From NCBI GenBank assembly GCA_024692885.1, contig JAILLZ010000060.1:1-45181 (forward strand): DNA of 45,181 bases, read 5' to 3'. The DNA is from Lachnospiraceae bacterium (GTDB taxonomy: Bacteria; Bacillota; Clostridia; Lachnospirales; Lachnospiraceae). The notes under the pieces are model-generated. The model was not told where the DNA came from. It saw nothing but the letters and a program-made list of their open reading frames with translations, and made no database searches. This document shows, one piece after another, positions 28,435 through 37,661 of this stretch; the stretch's first letter is position 1, and every line of letters starts with the position of its first letter. Both the position numbers and the translations under genes were made by a program.

Positions 28435-30260
28435 TTGAAAAAATGAAAATGGTCCACGTCGTGACAACTGTCTCTAATAAAGACAAAATGCTTGCAGGAT
28501 TGAGAGACTTAGGTCTTGTACATCTGGCAGAAAGAAAAAGCGCGGACCGAGCAGTTTCGGAAAGATTCCAGACTCTTTCAAAAACGGCGATGACTCTTAC
28601 GGATTATGCGCCGGAGAAACCACAGAAAGAGGAGATTCTTTCGGACGAAGAATTTAAATCGATGTACGACGGTGTGCTCGAAGCCATAGATAAGAAAACA
28701 GCTCTTACTCAGGACATCGGAACATCAAGTGCGGAGATTGACAGGATTGCACCATGGGGAGATTTCTCCACGGAAGATTTGAAAGCAGTAAAAGAGAGCG
28801 GTCTGGATTTCCATTTTTACCGTTTGGGAAAGAATGAATACCAGACAATAGCTAAAGATGAAAACATCAAAGTCATTCACTTGTCTGATATAGACAAGAT
28901 GGACGCTGTAGCCGTTATAGGAACTCTTCCGGCAACGATACCGGCCACTGAGTTTACTGTACCGGACAAGAGCATCAGCGAGCTTAAGGCACGAATAGCG
29001 GAAGACGAAGCCGAGATAGCAAAATGCGACGAGGTTTTGAAGAAAGCCGCTGTCTATAAAGAAAGCTTCAACAAGCAGATGCTCAAAGCGCAGAATGAAG
29101 AAACATATTCACAGGCAAGTCAGACCACGGAAAGTGATGAGGATTTTGTTTGGATTTCAGGATACATTCCAGAGGTTGATCTCGACAGATTCAAATCAAT
29201 GGCAGTGGAAAAGAGCCTGGCATGGGCTGTGGATGACGTAGCTGAGGATGATGATCAGATTCCTACGAAGCTTCGTTTCAACAAGGTATCCGGACTTATA
29301 AAGCCAATCTTTGATATCTTGGGAATCCTTCCGGGATACAGAGAGCAGGATATTTCCATTTGGTTTTTACTTTTCTTTACACTGTTCTTTGCTATGATTT
29401 TTGGAGATGCGGGCTATGGAGCATTGCTTCTCATTGGAACGATAGCATTTGTTGTGAAGACAAAGAAATTTAATGATGCGACATTTTTGCTCATCATTTT
29501 GTCCGGTGCGACGGTTATATGGGGTGCGATAACAGGTACCTGGTTTGGTATGGAGAGCGCCATGAAGGTCCCTTTCCTGAAAGCTTTGGTTATTCCAAAC
29601 TTTGCAAACTATCCTGAGTATTTCGGCGTTACCACCACGACCCAGCAGAACACCATAATGAAGTTTGCATTCTCTATAGGCGCAATTCAGATGGCTCTGG
29701 GAAGTATACTTGCTATCAAGAAAAAGATTCCTGCAAAGGATTTAAGCTGGGTAGCAGACCTCGGTTGGACAATCGCCGTTATAGCAATGTATCTGCTTGC
29801 ACTGTACCTGGTAATCGGCGAGAACATCAACATAACGCCTGTATTTGCAGCAGTTGGTGTAGCATTTGTCCTCGTAGTTTTGTTTGGTGGCATGTCACCT
29901 GATAAGACCTTCGGACAGGGCTTAAAGAGTGGACTCGGTGATGCGTTTACCGTTTTCCTCAACACTATCAGCTGCTTCGGAAACGTTATGAGTTACATCA
30001 GACTCTTTGCAGTTGGTATGGCCTCTCTTGCGATAGCTCAGAGTTTCAACGATATCGCGGCCGGATTCAGCGGACCGCTCGTAGTACTCGGAATTATTGT
30101 AGTATTGATAGGTCACGGATTAAATATTATCATGGCATTCCTTTCAGTAGTTGTTCACGGCGTTCGTCTGAACGTGCTGGAGTTCTCAGGCCAGGTTGGT
30201 CTTGAGTGGACGGGAGTTGCCTATGAACCATTTAAACTTAACGATAAAATAAAGAGTTAG
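28431..30260 (+). CDS. ntpI: V-type ATPase subunit I (a-subunit, stator/ion channel)
   Basis: 609 aa with a soluble N-terminal half and ~7 TM helices. The conserved Arg region is SYIRLFAVGMAS. The start overlaps the ntpD stop (ATGA). Confidence 0.9.
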   Translation: MIEKMKMVHVVTTVSNKDKMLAGLRDLGLVHLAERKSADRAVSERFQTLSKTAMTLTDYAPEKPQKEEILSDEEFKSMYDGVLEAIDKKTALTQDIGTSSAEIDRIAPWGDFSTEDLKAVKESGLDFHFYRLGKNEYQTIAKDENIKVIHLSDIDKMDAVAVIGTLPATIPATEFTVPDKSISELKARIAEDEAEIAKCDEVLKKAAVYKESFNKQMLKAQNEETYSQASQTTESDEDFVWISGYIPEVDLDRFKSMAVEKSLAWAVDDVAEDDDQIPTKLRFNKVSGLIKPIFDILGILPGYREQDISIWFLLFFTLFFAMIFGDAGYGALLLIGTIAFVVKTKKFNDATFLLIILSGATVIWGAITGTWFGMESAMKVPFLKALVIPNFANYPEYFGVTTTTQQNTIMKFAFSIGAIQMALGSILAIKKKIPAKDLSWVADLGWTIAVIAMYLLALYLVIGENINITPVFAAVGVAFVLVVLFGGMSPDKTFGQGLKSGLGDAFTVFLNTISCFGNVMSYIRLFAVGMASLAIAQSFNDIAAGFSGPLVVLGIIVVLIGHGLNIIMAFLSVVVHGVRLNVLEFSGQVGLEWTGVAYEPFKLNDKIKS

Positions 30261-30283
30261 TAAAAAGAAAAGGAGATTTTATT

Positions 30284-30709
30284 ATGGATATCGGATTTAT
30301 TGGAATGGCTGCAGCACTTGGTTTATCAGCTGCCGGTTCAGCTTTTGGAGCAGGTTTTGCAGGAATGTCTTCAGTAGGAGCTTGGAAAAAATGTTATGCA
30401 GCAGGAAAGCCGGCACCATTCATCATGATCGCTTTCTCTGGTGCTCCACTTACACAGACAATTTACGGATTCCTTCTTATGAACTTCATCAAGGCAGCAG
30501 GCGTTGACGCTGGACTTGCACTTGGTGTTGGAATTTTCGGTGGACTTGCAATCGGTCTTTCAGGTCTCTTCCAGGGAAAATGTGCAGCAGCTGCTGCTGA
30601 TGCTCTCGGAGCTACCGGAAAAGGTACTGCGAACTACTTCATCGTAGTCGGAATCGTAGAGACAGTTGCTCTCTTCACACTCGTATTCAGCTTGTTACTT
30701 CTGCAGTAA
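30284..30709 (+). CDS. ntpK: V-type ATPase proteolipid subunit K (c-ring)
   Basis: 141 aa with four TM helices. PLTQTIYGF, FQGKCAAA and IVETVALF align with the T64/Q65, Q110 and E139 Na+-site positions of E. hirae NtpK as I recall them. Confidence 0.9.
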   Translation: MDIGFIGMAAALGLSAAGSAFGAGFAGMSSVGAWKKCYAAGKPAPFIMIAFSGAPLTQTIYGFLLMNFIKAAGVDAGLALGVGIFGGLAIGLSGLFQGKCAAAAADALGATGKGTANYFIVVGIVETVALFTLVFSLLLLQ

Positions 30710-30734
30710 TAAACATACGAAAAATCTAATGATT

Positions 30735-30772
30735 AAAATACCGCTCGGGTTATCCCGGGCGGTATTTTTTTT
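30735..30772 (+). terminator. intrinsic terminator of the V-ATPase operon
   Basis: ATACCGCTCGGG-TTAT-CCCGGGCGGTAT forms a 12-bp stem followed by a T8 run. Confidence 0.85.
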
Positions 30773-30842
30773 GAATGACAATAAACACGCACAAGTGATA
30801 TAATGCTAACGGTTATATTTATAGATATGGAGGATGTATATA

Positions 30843-31688
30843 ATGCCTGAAAATAGTACGTGTTCAAGTGCTTCAACCTGCGGAAAGGAAAGCTGTGAAG
30901 GATGTCCTTCAGCAAACGGCGGTCCAAAGAGTTTTCTTGAAGATTTGAATGAATTTTCATCAGTTAAAAAAGTAATAGGAATAGTCAGCGGTAAAGGTGG
31001 AGTAGGAAAATCATATGTAGCTGCCAGCCTTGCTGTAGCAATGGCAAAAGCCGGATACAAGGTAGGAATACTTGATGCCGATATCACCGGACCATCAATT
31101 CCAAAGATGTTCGGAGTTCACGGACCTGCATACGGAACAGAGCAGGGGCTTATGCCAATAGAGACTAAAGATGGAGTGAAAATAATGTCTTTAAATCTCC
31201 TTGTCGATGATGAGGAGGCTCCTGTAGTGTGGAGAGGACCTGTTATTGCAGGAACTGTAAAGCAGTTCTGGACAGATGTATGTTGGGGCGAGCTTGATTA
31301 TATGTTTGTCGACATGCCACCCGGAACAGGAGATGTGCCTTTGACAGTATTCCAGTCACTTCCTGTAGATGGAATTGTAGTAGTCACATCCCCACAGGAA
31401 CTTGTACAGATGATAGTAAAGAAAGCCTTTAACATGGCTAAGATGATGGATATTCCTGTACTTGGTGTAGTGGAGAACTTCAGCTATCTCACCTGCCCTG
31501 ACTGCGGAAAGAAGATTTTAATCTACGGAGAAAGCCATATAGATGAAGTGGCTAAGGAACTTGGAATCCCTGTATTCGGAAAGCTTCCTATAAGACCGGA
31601 GATGGCAGAAGCAGCAGACAAGGGAGAGTTCTTTGCAAAGGACAACCCTGAACTTGAAGCAGGAGTGGAGATACTCAAAAATGCATAA
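30843..31688 (+). CDS. mrp: Mrp/NBP35/ApbC-family Fe-S cluster carrier ATPase
   Basis: 281 aa from ATG 30843, 9 nt after GGAGG; the track start 30834 abuts the RBS. It has the deviant Walker A SGKGGVGKS, the CPDCG cluster-bridging motif and a Cys-rich N-terminus. Confidence 0.9.
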   Translation: MPENSTCSSASTCGKESCEGCPSANGGPKSFLEDLNEFSSVKKVIGIVSGKGGVGKSYVAASLAVAMAKAGYKVGILDADITGPSIPKMFGVHGPAYGTEQGLMPIETKDGVKIMSLNLLVDDEEAPVVWRGPVIAGTVKQFWTDVCWGELDYMFVDMPPGTGDVPLTVFQSLPVDGIVVVTSPQELVQMIVKKAFNMAKMMDIPVLGVVENFSYLTCPDCGKKILIYGESHIDEVAKELGIPVFGKLPIRPEMAEAADKGEFFAKDNPELEAGVEILKNA

Positions 31689-31742
31689 TATACGAATCTG
31701 TTTCGATATATAGTGCAAGACTATTGAATACTTATTTAAATA

Positions 31743-31789
31743 AAAAAGCCGATACATATTCCTTGAATGAGGGATGTATCGGTTTTTTG
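31743..31789 (+). terminator. intrinsic terminator after mrp
   Basis: AAAAGCCGATACAT/ATGTATCGGTTTT forms the stem, followed by a T6 run. Confidence 0.75.
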
Positions 31790-31925
31790 TATTATTCGGT
31801 TTGACATAATTTAATCAAGTAATTGCATAGAAGCATAGTATTGCATTAAAATAAATGGGAATGGAAGTTGCTACATACTTTCAATAGAAACAAGTATAGG
31901 ATTATAGGATTTAGCGGAGGTTTTC

Positions 31926-33104
31926 ATGGAGAATTTTACATTTTATTCACCGACATATTTCGATTTCGGTAAAGAAACAGAGTCACATGCCGGAAAACTT
32001 ATAAAACGTTTTGGCGGAAGTAAGGTTTTGATACATTACGGCGGAGGAAGCGTCATAAGATCCGGACTTTTGGACAGAGTAAAGAAGTCGCTCGAAGATG
32101 AGAGCCTGGCATATGTCATGCTTGGAGGCGTTCAGCCAAATCCGAGAAGCGGTCTCGTGTACGAAGGAATAGAACTCTGCAAAAAGGAAGGTGTGGATTT
32201 CATTCTTGCAGTCGGTGGAGGAAGTGTTATAGATTCAGCCAAAGCCATTGCAATCGGAACCTGTTATGACGGTGATTTCTGGGATTTCTACATGGGAAAG
32301 CCGATTGAAGAAGCAATTCCTGTCGGAACAGTTCTTACCATTGCTGCTGCAGGTAGCGAGGGAAGTCCTGATTCTGTTATCACAAAAGAAGAGGGTATGC
32401 TAAAAAGAGCTACCAGCGGAAATGTTTTGCGCCCTAAGTTCAGTATATTAAACCCTGCTTTGACGCAGACTTTGCCGCCATACCAGACAGCAGCCGGAAT
32501 CACGGACATAATGGCTCATCTTTATGAGAGATATCTCACAAATACAAAGGAAGTTGAAGTTACCGACAGACTTCTCGAGGCTCTTCTTCTCACCATGATT
32601 CATGAGGGACCGAGAGTAATAGCTGACCCTGATAACTACGAGGCCAGAGCAAACATTATGTGGGCCGGAATGGTTGGACACAACAACACCTGTGGCGTGG
32701 GAAGAAGTCAGGATTGGAACAGCCACACTATAGAGCACGAGCTTTCAGCTCTTTATGACTGTGCTCACGGAGCGGGACTTGCTGTTACTTTACCTGCGGT
32801 ATTCAGATATGTTTACAAACATGATGTTATGAGATTTGCTAAGGTTGCATCACGTGTATGGGGATGTCAGATGGATTTTGACAATCCTGAAAGCACGGCT
32901 CTTGCAGGAATAACAGCACTGGAAACATTCTTGAAGAGCATAGGAATGCCTGTAAGATTCGATGAATTGGGAGCTAAGAAAGAAGATATCCCTACACTCG
33001 TAAAGAACCTTTGCTACGGCGAAGGCAGAGACGGCAAGATTCAGGGCTTTGTTACTCTCTATGCAGAGGATTGCAGAAAAATATATGAAATGATGGCAGA
33101 ATAA
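31926..33104 (+). CDS. iron-containing (group III) alcohol dehydrogenase, BdhA/YqhD-like
   Basis: 392 aa. It has the GGGS motif AVGGGSVIDSAKAIA and the metal-site histidines in DIMAH...HTIEHELS. NAD(P)H butanol dehydrogenases share this layout. Confidence 0.9.
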   Translation: MENFTFYSPTYFDFGKETESHAGKLIKRFGGSKVLIHYGGGSVIRSGLLDRVKKSLEDESLAYVMLGGVQPNPRSGLVYEGIELCKKEGVDFILAVGGGSVIDSAKAIAIGTCYDGDFWDFYMGKPIEEAIPVGTVLTIAAAGSEGSPDSVITKEEGMLKRATSGNVLRPKFSILNPALTQTLPPYQTAAGITDIMAHLYERYLTNTKEVEVTDRLLEALLLTMIHEGPRVIADPDNYEARANIMWAGMVGHNNTCGVGRSQDWNSHTIEHELSALYDCAHGAGLAVTLPAVFRYVYKHDVMRFAKVASRVWGCQMDFDNPESTALAGITALETFLKSIGMPVRFDELGAKKEDIPTLVKNLCYGEGRDGKIQGFVTLYAEDCRKIYEMMAE

Positions 33105-33139
33105 TATTTGTTGCGTATTTAGAACAAATTGTTGCATTT

Positions 33140-33155
33140 GGGCACGTAAATTGCT
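33140..33155 (+). promoter_or_regulatory. sigma-54 -24/-12-like element A (gGGCACG-N4-TTGCT)
   Basis: GG is at 33141-42 and GC at 33153-54 (GG-N10-GC), an 11/12 match to TGGCACG-N4-TTGCW. It lies between the adh stop and its terminator hairpin. Confidence 0.35.
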
Positions 33156-33213
33156 ATAAATGACTCAGGGTATTGGGGAGTTTGTTCTAAAATCAAATAA
33201 AAGAGTATTTTTT

Positions 33214-33280
33214 AAAACATTGTTTTCCTTTTACCGTCAAAACTAAAATGGTAAATAGGGAAACAATGTTTTTATTTAAA
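33214..33280 (+). terminator. long hairpin + T-run (terminator of adh and/or of a short transcript from element A)
   Basis: AAAACATTGTTTTCC/GGGAAACAATGTTTT forms ~14 bp with one bulge, with an inner TTACC/GGTAA helix, followed by TTTTTATTT. Confidence 0.6.
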
Positions 33281-33341
33281 AAAAAACAAAACCGGGAAAT
33301 AAAGCGGTTGATTTAGAATAATACTTTTGTTTGAAAAAACT

Positions 33342-33357
33342 TGGCACAGCGTTTGCT
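33342..33357 (+). promoter_or_regulatory. sigma-54 -24/-12-like element B (TGGCACa-N4-TTGCT) upstream of the ABC importer
   Basis: GG is at 33343-44 and GC at 33355-56, an 11/12 match to the consensus, 54 nt upstream of the SBP start codon. I found no convincing sigma-A promoter in this interval. Confidence 0.55.
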
Positions 33358-33410
33358 ACAATACTTGCGGCTAAATTAAAATGCATGCAAATAGTTTAAG
33401 GAGAAATGAA

Positions 33411-35033
33411 ATGAAAAAGAAATTTTTGGCATTACTCAGCGTAATGGCACTCGGCGCAAGCCTTCTTGCCGGCTGTGGCAGCACAGCAAGCGAAACTGCT
33501 TCTACAGAAGGCACCGAAGCTGCAACTGAGGCAGCTACAGAAGCAACAGAGACAGCTGATGCAGATGACACATCATCAGAAGGAAGCACATTAATCTACG
33601 GTAGCAACGACTACACAAGAATCAACCCTGCTATCGACGAGCACGGTGAGATCAACCTTCTTTTGTTTGACGGACTTACAGCTCATGACGCTGACAACAA
33701 CGTTGTACCAGGTCTTGCAGAGAGCTGGGACATCGATGATGAGAACAACACATACACTTTCCACATCAGAGAAGGTGTAAAGTGGCATGACGGTGAAACT
33801 TTCACAGCTGAAGACGTTAAATTTACAATCGAAGCAATCATGAATCCGGACAATGAGTCTGAAATTGCTTCAAACTATGAAGAAGTAGCTGACATCACAG
33901 TAGTTGATGACAACACTGTAACATTTACACTTTCAGAGAAGAACGTTGCTTTCCTTGAGTACATGACAATCGGTATTCTTCCAAAGCATCTTCTTGACGG
34001 AAAGGATATGCAGAACGATCCTTACTTCAAGAGCCCTGTAGGAACTGGCCCATACAAGTTCAGCGAGTGGGTTGAGGGACAGAGCATCACTCTTGAGGCA
34101 AATGAAGATTACTACAAGGGGGCTCCAAACATCCAGACAATCGTTTTCAAGATTGTGGATGATGACAATGCAAAGGCTCTTCAGCTTCAGTCAGGAGAGA
34201 TCAACTTCGCAAAGATCACTCCAAAGGATACACAGGCAATCGCTTCAAACGACGGTTTCTATGTATACAACATGAAGACATCTGACTACAGAGGAATTAT
34301 GTACAACTTCAACAATGATTTCTGGAAAGAGAACGCAGACATCATCCCTGCTATCAGCTACGGTATCGATCGTCAGGCAATGGTAGACGCAGTTCTTCTC
34401 GGAGACGGAATCGTAGCTTACGGACCACTTCAAAGAAACGTATACAATGACGAGTCAACAAACCTTTACGATTACAATCCTGAGAAAGCTGTAGAGATCA
34501 TCGAAGCAGCAGGATGGACAATGGGTGATGACGGAATCTACGAGAAAGACGGACAGAAGCTTTCATTCACTGTAACATGTAAAGAGGGAGATCAGGTAAG
34601 AGCTGACCTTGCAGCTATCGCAACACAGCAGCTTGCTGAGATCGGTGTTGATTGTAAATCAGAGATCAAGTCAAAGATTGACTGGGCCGGACAGGATGCT
34701 TTCCTTATCGGATGGGGAAGTCCATTTGACGCAGACGATCACACATGGAAGGTATTCGGAACAGACAAGGGTGCAAACTACAACGCATACTCAGATGCTA
34801 TCGTAGACGAGGCACTCAAGAACGCACGTCAGACAGACGATCCTGAAGAGCGTGCAAAATACTATTCAGAGTTCCTTAACGAGATGAACGCTAACCCTGC
34901 ATACACATTCTTCTGCTATGTAGACGTTGACTATGTTTCAAATGTAAGTATTAACGGAATCACACCTGATACAATTCTTGGACATCACGGTGTAGGTATT
35001 TTCTGGAACGTTGAGGAGTGGACACTTGACTAA
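33411..35033 (+). CDS. ABC transporter substrate-binding lipoprotein, family 5 (peptide/nickel/opine type)
   Basis: 540 aa from Met11 of the track ORF (AAGGAG RBS). It has a signal peptide with lipobox LLAGCGS, a T/E/A-rich linker and a family-5 SBP core. Confidence 0.9.
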   Translation: MKKKFLALLSVMALGASLLAGCGSTASETASTEGTEAATEAATEATETADADDTSSEGSTLIYGSNDYTRINPAIDEHGEINLLLFDGLTAHDADNNVVPGLAESWDIDDENNTYTFHIREGVKWHDGETFTAEDVKFTIEAIMNPDNESEIASNYEEVADITVVDDNTVTFTLSEKNVAFLEYMTIGILPKHLLDGKDMQNDPYFKSPVGTGPYKFSEWVEGQSITLEANEDYYKGAPNIQTIVFKIVDDDNAKALQLQSGEINFAKITPKDTQAIASNDGFYVYNMKTSDYRGIMYNFNNDFWKENADIIPAISYGIDRQAMVDAVLLGDGIVAYGPLQRNVYNDESTNLYDYNPEKAVEIIEAAGWTMGDDGIYEKDGQKLSFTVTCKEGDQVRADLAAIATQQLAEIGVDCKSEIKSKIDWAGQDAFLIGWGSPFDADDHTWKVFGTDKGANYNAYSDAIVDEALKNARQTDDPEERAKYYSEFLNEMNANPAYTFFCYVDVDYVSNVSINGITPDTILGHHGVGIFWNVEEWTLD

Positions 35034-36645
35034 TGCAAGAGATAATCTTGTGATTGATATTGAAAATCTTTCTGTCGAGATAAAAACCGAAACTGAAAAG
35101 ATTAATGCTATAAGGAATCTCTCCCTGTCTTTAAGGCAGGGGGAGATACTTGCTATAGTGGGAGAGTCGGGAAGCGGAAAAACCATGGTTTGCCGAAGCA
35201 TCATGGAGCTTTTGCCAAAGTCTGCAAAGGTGACAAGCGGAGTGATAAAAGCACCGAAAAACGAGATGGCAATGGTTTTTCAGAACCCAATGACATCCCT
35301 CGATCCGACCATGACTATCGGAAAGCAGTTGTCCTACGCAATAAAATCAAGAAACAAGATAAAAGACAAAACAGAGATAAAAAACAGAGCAATAGAGCTT
35401 CTTAAACTTGTGCAGATAGACCGCGCCGAGGAGAGATACAACCAGTATCCTTGGCAGCTTTCCGGAGGAATGAGACAGAGATGTGTCTTGGCCATGGCAC
35501 TTGGACTTGAGCCAAAGGTTCTCCTTGCGGATGAACCTACGACAGCTCTTGATGTGACCGTGCAGGCCAGCATTTTGGGACTCATCAGCAGTCTCAGGGA
35601 AAAGCTTGGATTGAGCATTTTGTTCATCACACACGATCTCGGTGTGGTAGCGGGAATCGCCGACAGAGTTGCCATAATGAAAGCCGGTTCTGTGGTGGAG
35701 TGCGATACTACGGAGAATGTATATCACTCACCGAAGCATGAATACACAAAAGAACTTATGAATTCTCTGCCGTCAAACGCGGGAGAATTTGAGGTAAAGA
35801 GTGTGGAGAACGTTGAGACAGTTCTTCAGGTAAAGGATCTTTCCCACTATTTCAAACTTGGAAGAAAATCCTATATCAGAGCAGCGAACAACGTTTCTTT
35901 TGATATTAAGCACGGCGAGATTTTTTCCATAGTTGGCGAGTCGGGTTCCGGAAAGTCAACTTTGGCCCGATGCATCTTGAATATGTACAAGCCAAATTCG
36001 GGTGAGATCATTTACGACGAGAATGTTGTTTTGGCTTCCGACAAAGTAAAAATGAGCCGTGAGGACAAGAGAAAAGTCTCTGCGGAAATAAGAGTTATTT
36101 CTCAGGACAGCGACACGGCGTTGAATCCTCACATGACGGTTAGACAGGTTATCGAGGAGCCTCTGCTTTTACATCACATGTTTAAGACAAAGGCTGAGAT
36201 GTATGCATACATGGAAGAACTCTTGGATGACGTGGAGCTTCCGAGAACTTTGATGGATCAGCCTGTCACCATGCTTTCAGGCGGACAGAGACAGCGTGTC
36301 AGCATAGCGAGAGCCTTCGGTTCGAAGCCAAAGCTTCTCATTGCGGATGAACCTCTGGCATCTTTGGATGTGACCATGCAGATGCAGATTGTAAAGCTTT
36401 TTGCTCACCTCATAAAGGAACATGACACCAGTATGCTCTTTATAGCACACGACCTTTCCATGGTCAGATTCTTGAGCACGAGAGTCGGAGTTATGTACAA
36501 GGGTGAGCTTGTGGAAGTGGGTACCACCGAGGAGATATTTAACAATCCAAAGCATGAGTACACCAAAAAGCTTATAGCGGCTATGCCGATTCCTGACCCT
36601 GATATTGAGAGAGAAAAGATAAGATTGTTTAAGGAGAGAGTATGA
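35026..36645 (+). CDS. fused double ABC ATPase (OppD+OppF-like in one chain, GsiA-like)
   Basis: It has two full cassettes: GESGSGKT/LSGGMRQR/LLADEPTTALD and GESGSGKST/LSGGQRQR/LIADEPLASLD. The start is uncertain: TTG 35026 with a GAGGAG RBS is preferred over TTG 35011. Confidence 0.9.
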   Translation: MTNARDNLVIDIENLSVEIKTETEKINAIRNLSLSLRQGEILAIVGESGSGKTMVCRSIMELLPKSAKVTSGVIKAPKNEMAMVFQNPMTSLDPTMTIGKQLSYAIKSRNKIKDKTEIKNRAIELLKLVQIDRAEERYNQYPWQLSGGMRQRCVLAMALGLEPKVLLADEPTTALDVTVQASILGLISSLREKLGLSILFITHDLGVVAGIADRVAIMKAGSVVECDTTENVYHSPKHEYTKELMNSLPSNAGEFEVKSVENVETVLQVKDLSHYFKLGRKSYIRAANNVSFDIKHGEIFSIVGESGSGKSTLARCILNMYKPNSGEIIYDENVVLASDKVKMSREDKRKVSAEIRVISQDSDTALNPHMTVRQVIEEPLLLHHMFKTKAEMYAYMEELLDDVELPRTLMDQPVTMLSGGQRQRVSIARAFGSKPKLLIADEPLASLDVTMQMQIVKLFAHLIKEHDTSMLFIAHDLSMVRFLSTRVGVMYKGELVEVGTTEEIFNNPKHEYTKKLIAAMPIPDPDIEREKIRLFKERV

Positions 36646-37661
36646 ATAAGAGAAAAAAATTATTAATTCTTATTGCCAAAAAGATGCTCGTCTTTTTTGT
36701 ATCCATTTTCGCTCTTTCAATCATTGCTTTCTCAATGTCAAGGATAGCGCCGGGTGATCCTCTTGTATCTTACTACGGGGACAGAGCCGAGAGGATGAAC
36801 ACGGAAGAGCGCGAGCATGCAATTCATAGACTTGGTCTCGACGGAACATTGACAGACCAGTATGTGGCATGGTTCAAGGGAGCCATAAAGGGAGATTTTG
36901 GAGAGTCATTTAAATATAAAGAGAACGTTCTCACTGTCATAGCGGGAAGATTGGTGAACACCCTTCTTTTGGGAGGAATAGGCTTTCTTCTCACATTTTT
37001 CCTGGCTTTGCTTTTGGGAATACTGTGTGCCTTGCATGAGGGCGACTGGCTGGACACCCTGCTTTGCAAGGTGGGAACCATCACCAGCTGTATACCCGAG
37101 TTCTGGCTTTCGCTGGTTTTGATACTGATTTTTTCGGTTACATTTCACCTTCTGCCGAGTAGCGGAGCATTCGGACTTGGGGAAGCAGACAGCATATTGA
37201 GCCGAATCAGGCACATGATCCTGCCTATGGTGGTCATTGTTTTAAGCCATCTTTGGTATTACGCCTACCTTATCAGAAATAAGCTGATAGATGAAAAGCG
37301 AAAAGAGTACGTCCTCATGTCAAAGAGCATGGGACTGACCAACAGACAGGTTATGTGGAGACATTGCGTGAGAAACATAATGCCTGCTTTTATCAGTATT
37401 ATGGCAATCTCATTGAACCATGTTCTTGAGGGAACTTACATAGTGGAGATGGTTTATTCTTATCCGGGAATCGGTACGCTTTCATTTGAGAGTGCAAAGT
37501 ATCACGACTACAACATGCTTATGGTGCTTGTTATCATCATGGGAGTAGTGGTTATTCTTGGAAACATAATCGGTCAGATCATAAGCGAGAACATCGACCA
37601 CAGAATGAAAGAAGAGGCAATAATAGAGGATGCGGAGGTAGTGGCAAGTGAAAAGATTTAA
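36642..37661 (+). CDS. ABC transporter permease (OppB/DppB-like)
   Basis: 339 aa with six TM helices. The EAA-like loop region is EYVLMSKSMGLTNRQVMWRHCVRN. The start overlaps the preceding stop. Confidence 0.9.
   Translation: MNKRKKLLILIAKKMLVFFVSIFALSIIAFSMSRIAPGDPLVSYYGDRAERMNTEEREHAIHRLGLDGTLTDQYVAWFKGAIKGDFGESFKYKENVLTVIAGRLVNTLLLGGIGFLLTFFLALLLGILCALHEGDWLDTLLCKVGTITSCIPEFWLSLVLILIFSVTFHLLPSSGAFGLGEADSILSRIRHMILPMVVIVLSHLWYYAYLIRNKLIDEKRKEYVLMSKSMGLTNRQVMWRHCVRNIMPAFISIMAISLNHVLEGTYIVEMVYSYPGIGTLSFESAKYHDYNMLMVLVIIMGVVVILGNIIGQIISENIDHRMKEEAIIEDAEVVASEKI

Noticed and set aside
33160-33246. 28-codon ORF (MTQGIGEFVLKSNKRVFFKTLFSFYRQN) downstream of sigma-54-like element A
   Set aside because: It has no RBS, and its ATG lies upstream of the TSS predicted for element A. 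The frame also runs through the terminator hairpin, so it is most likely non-coding.
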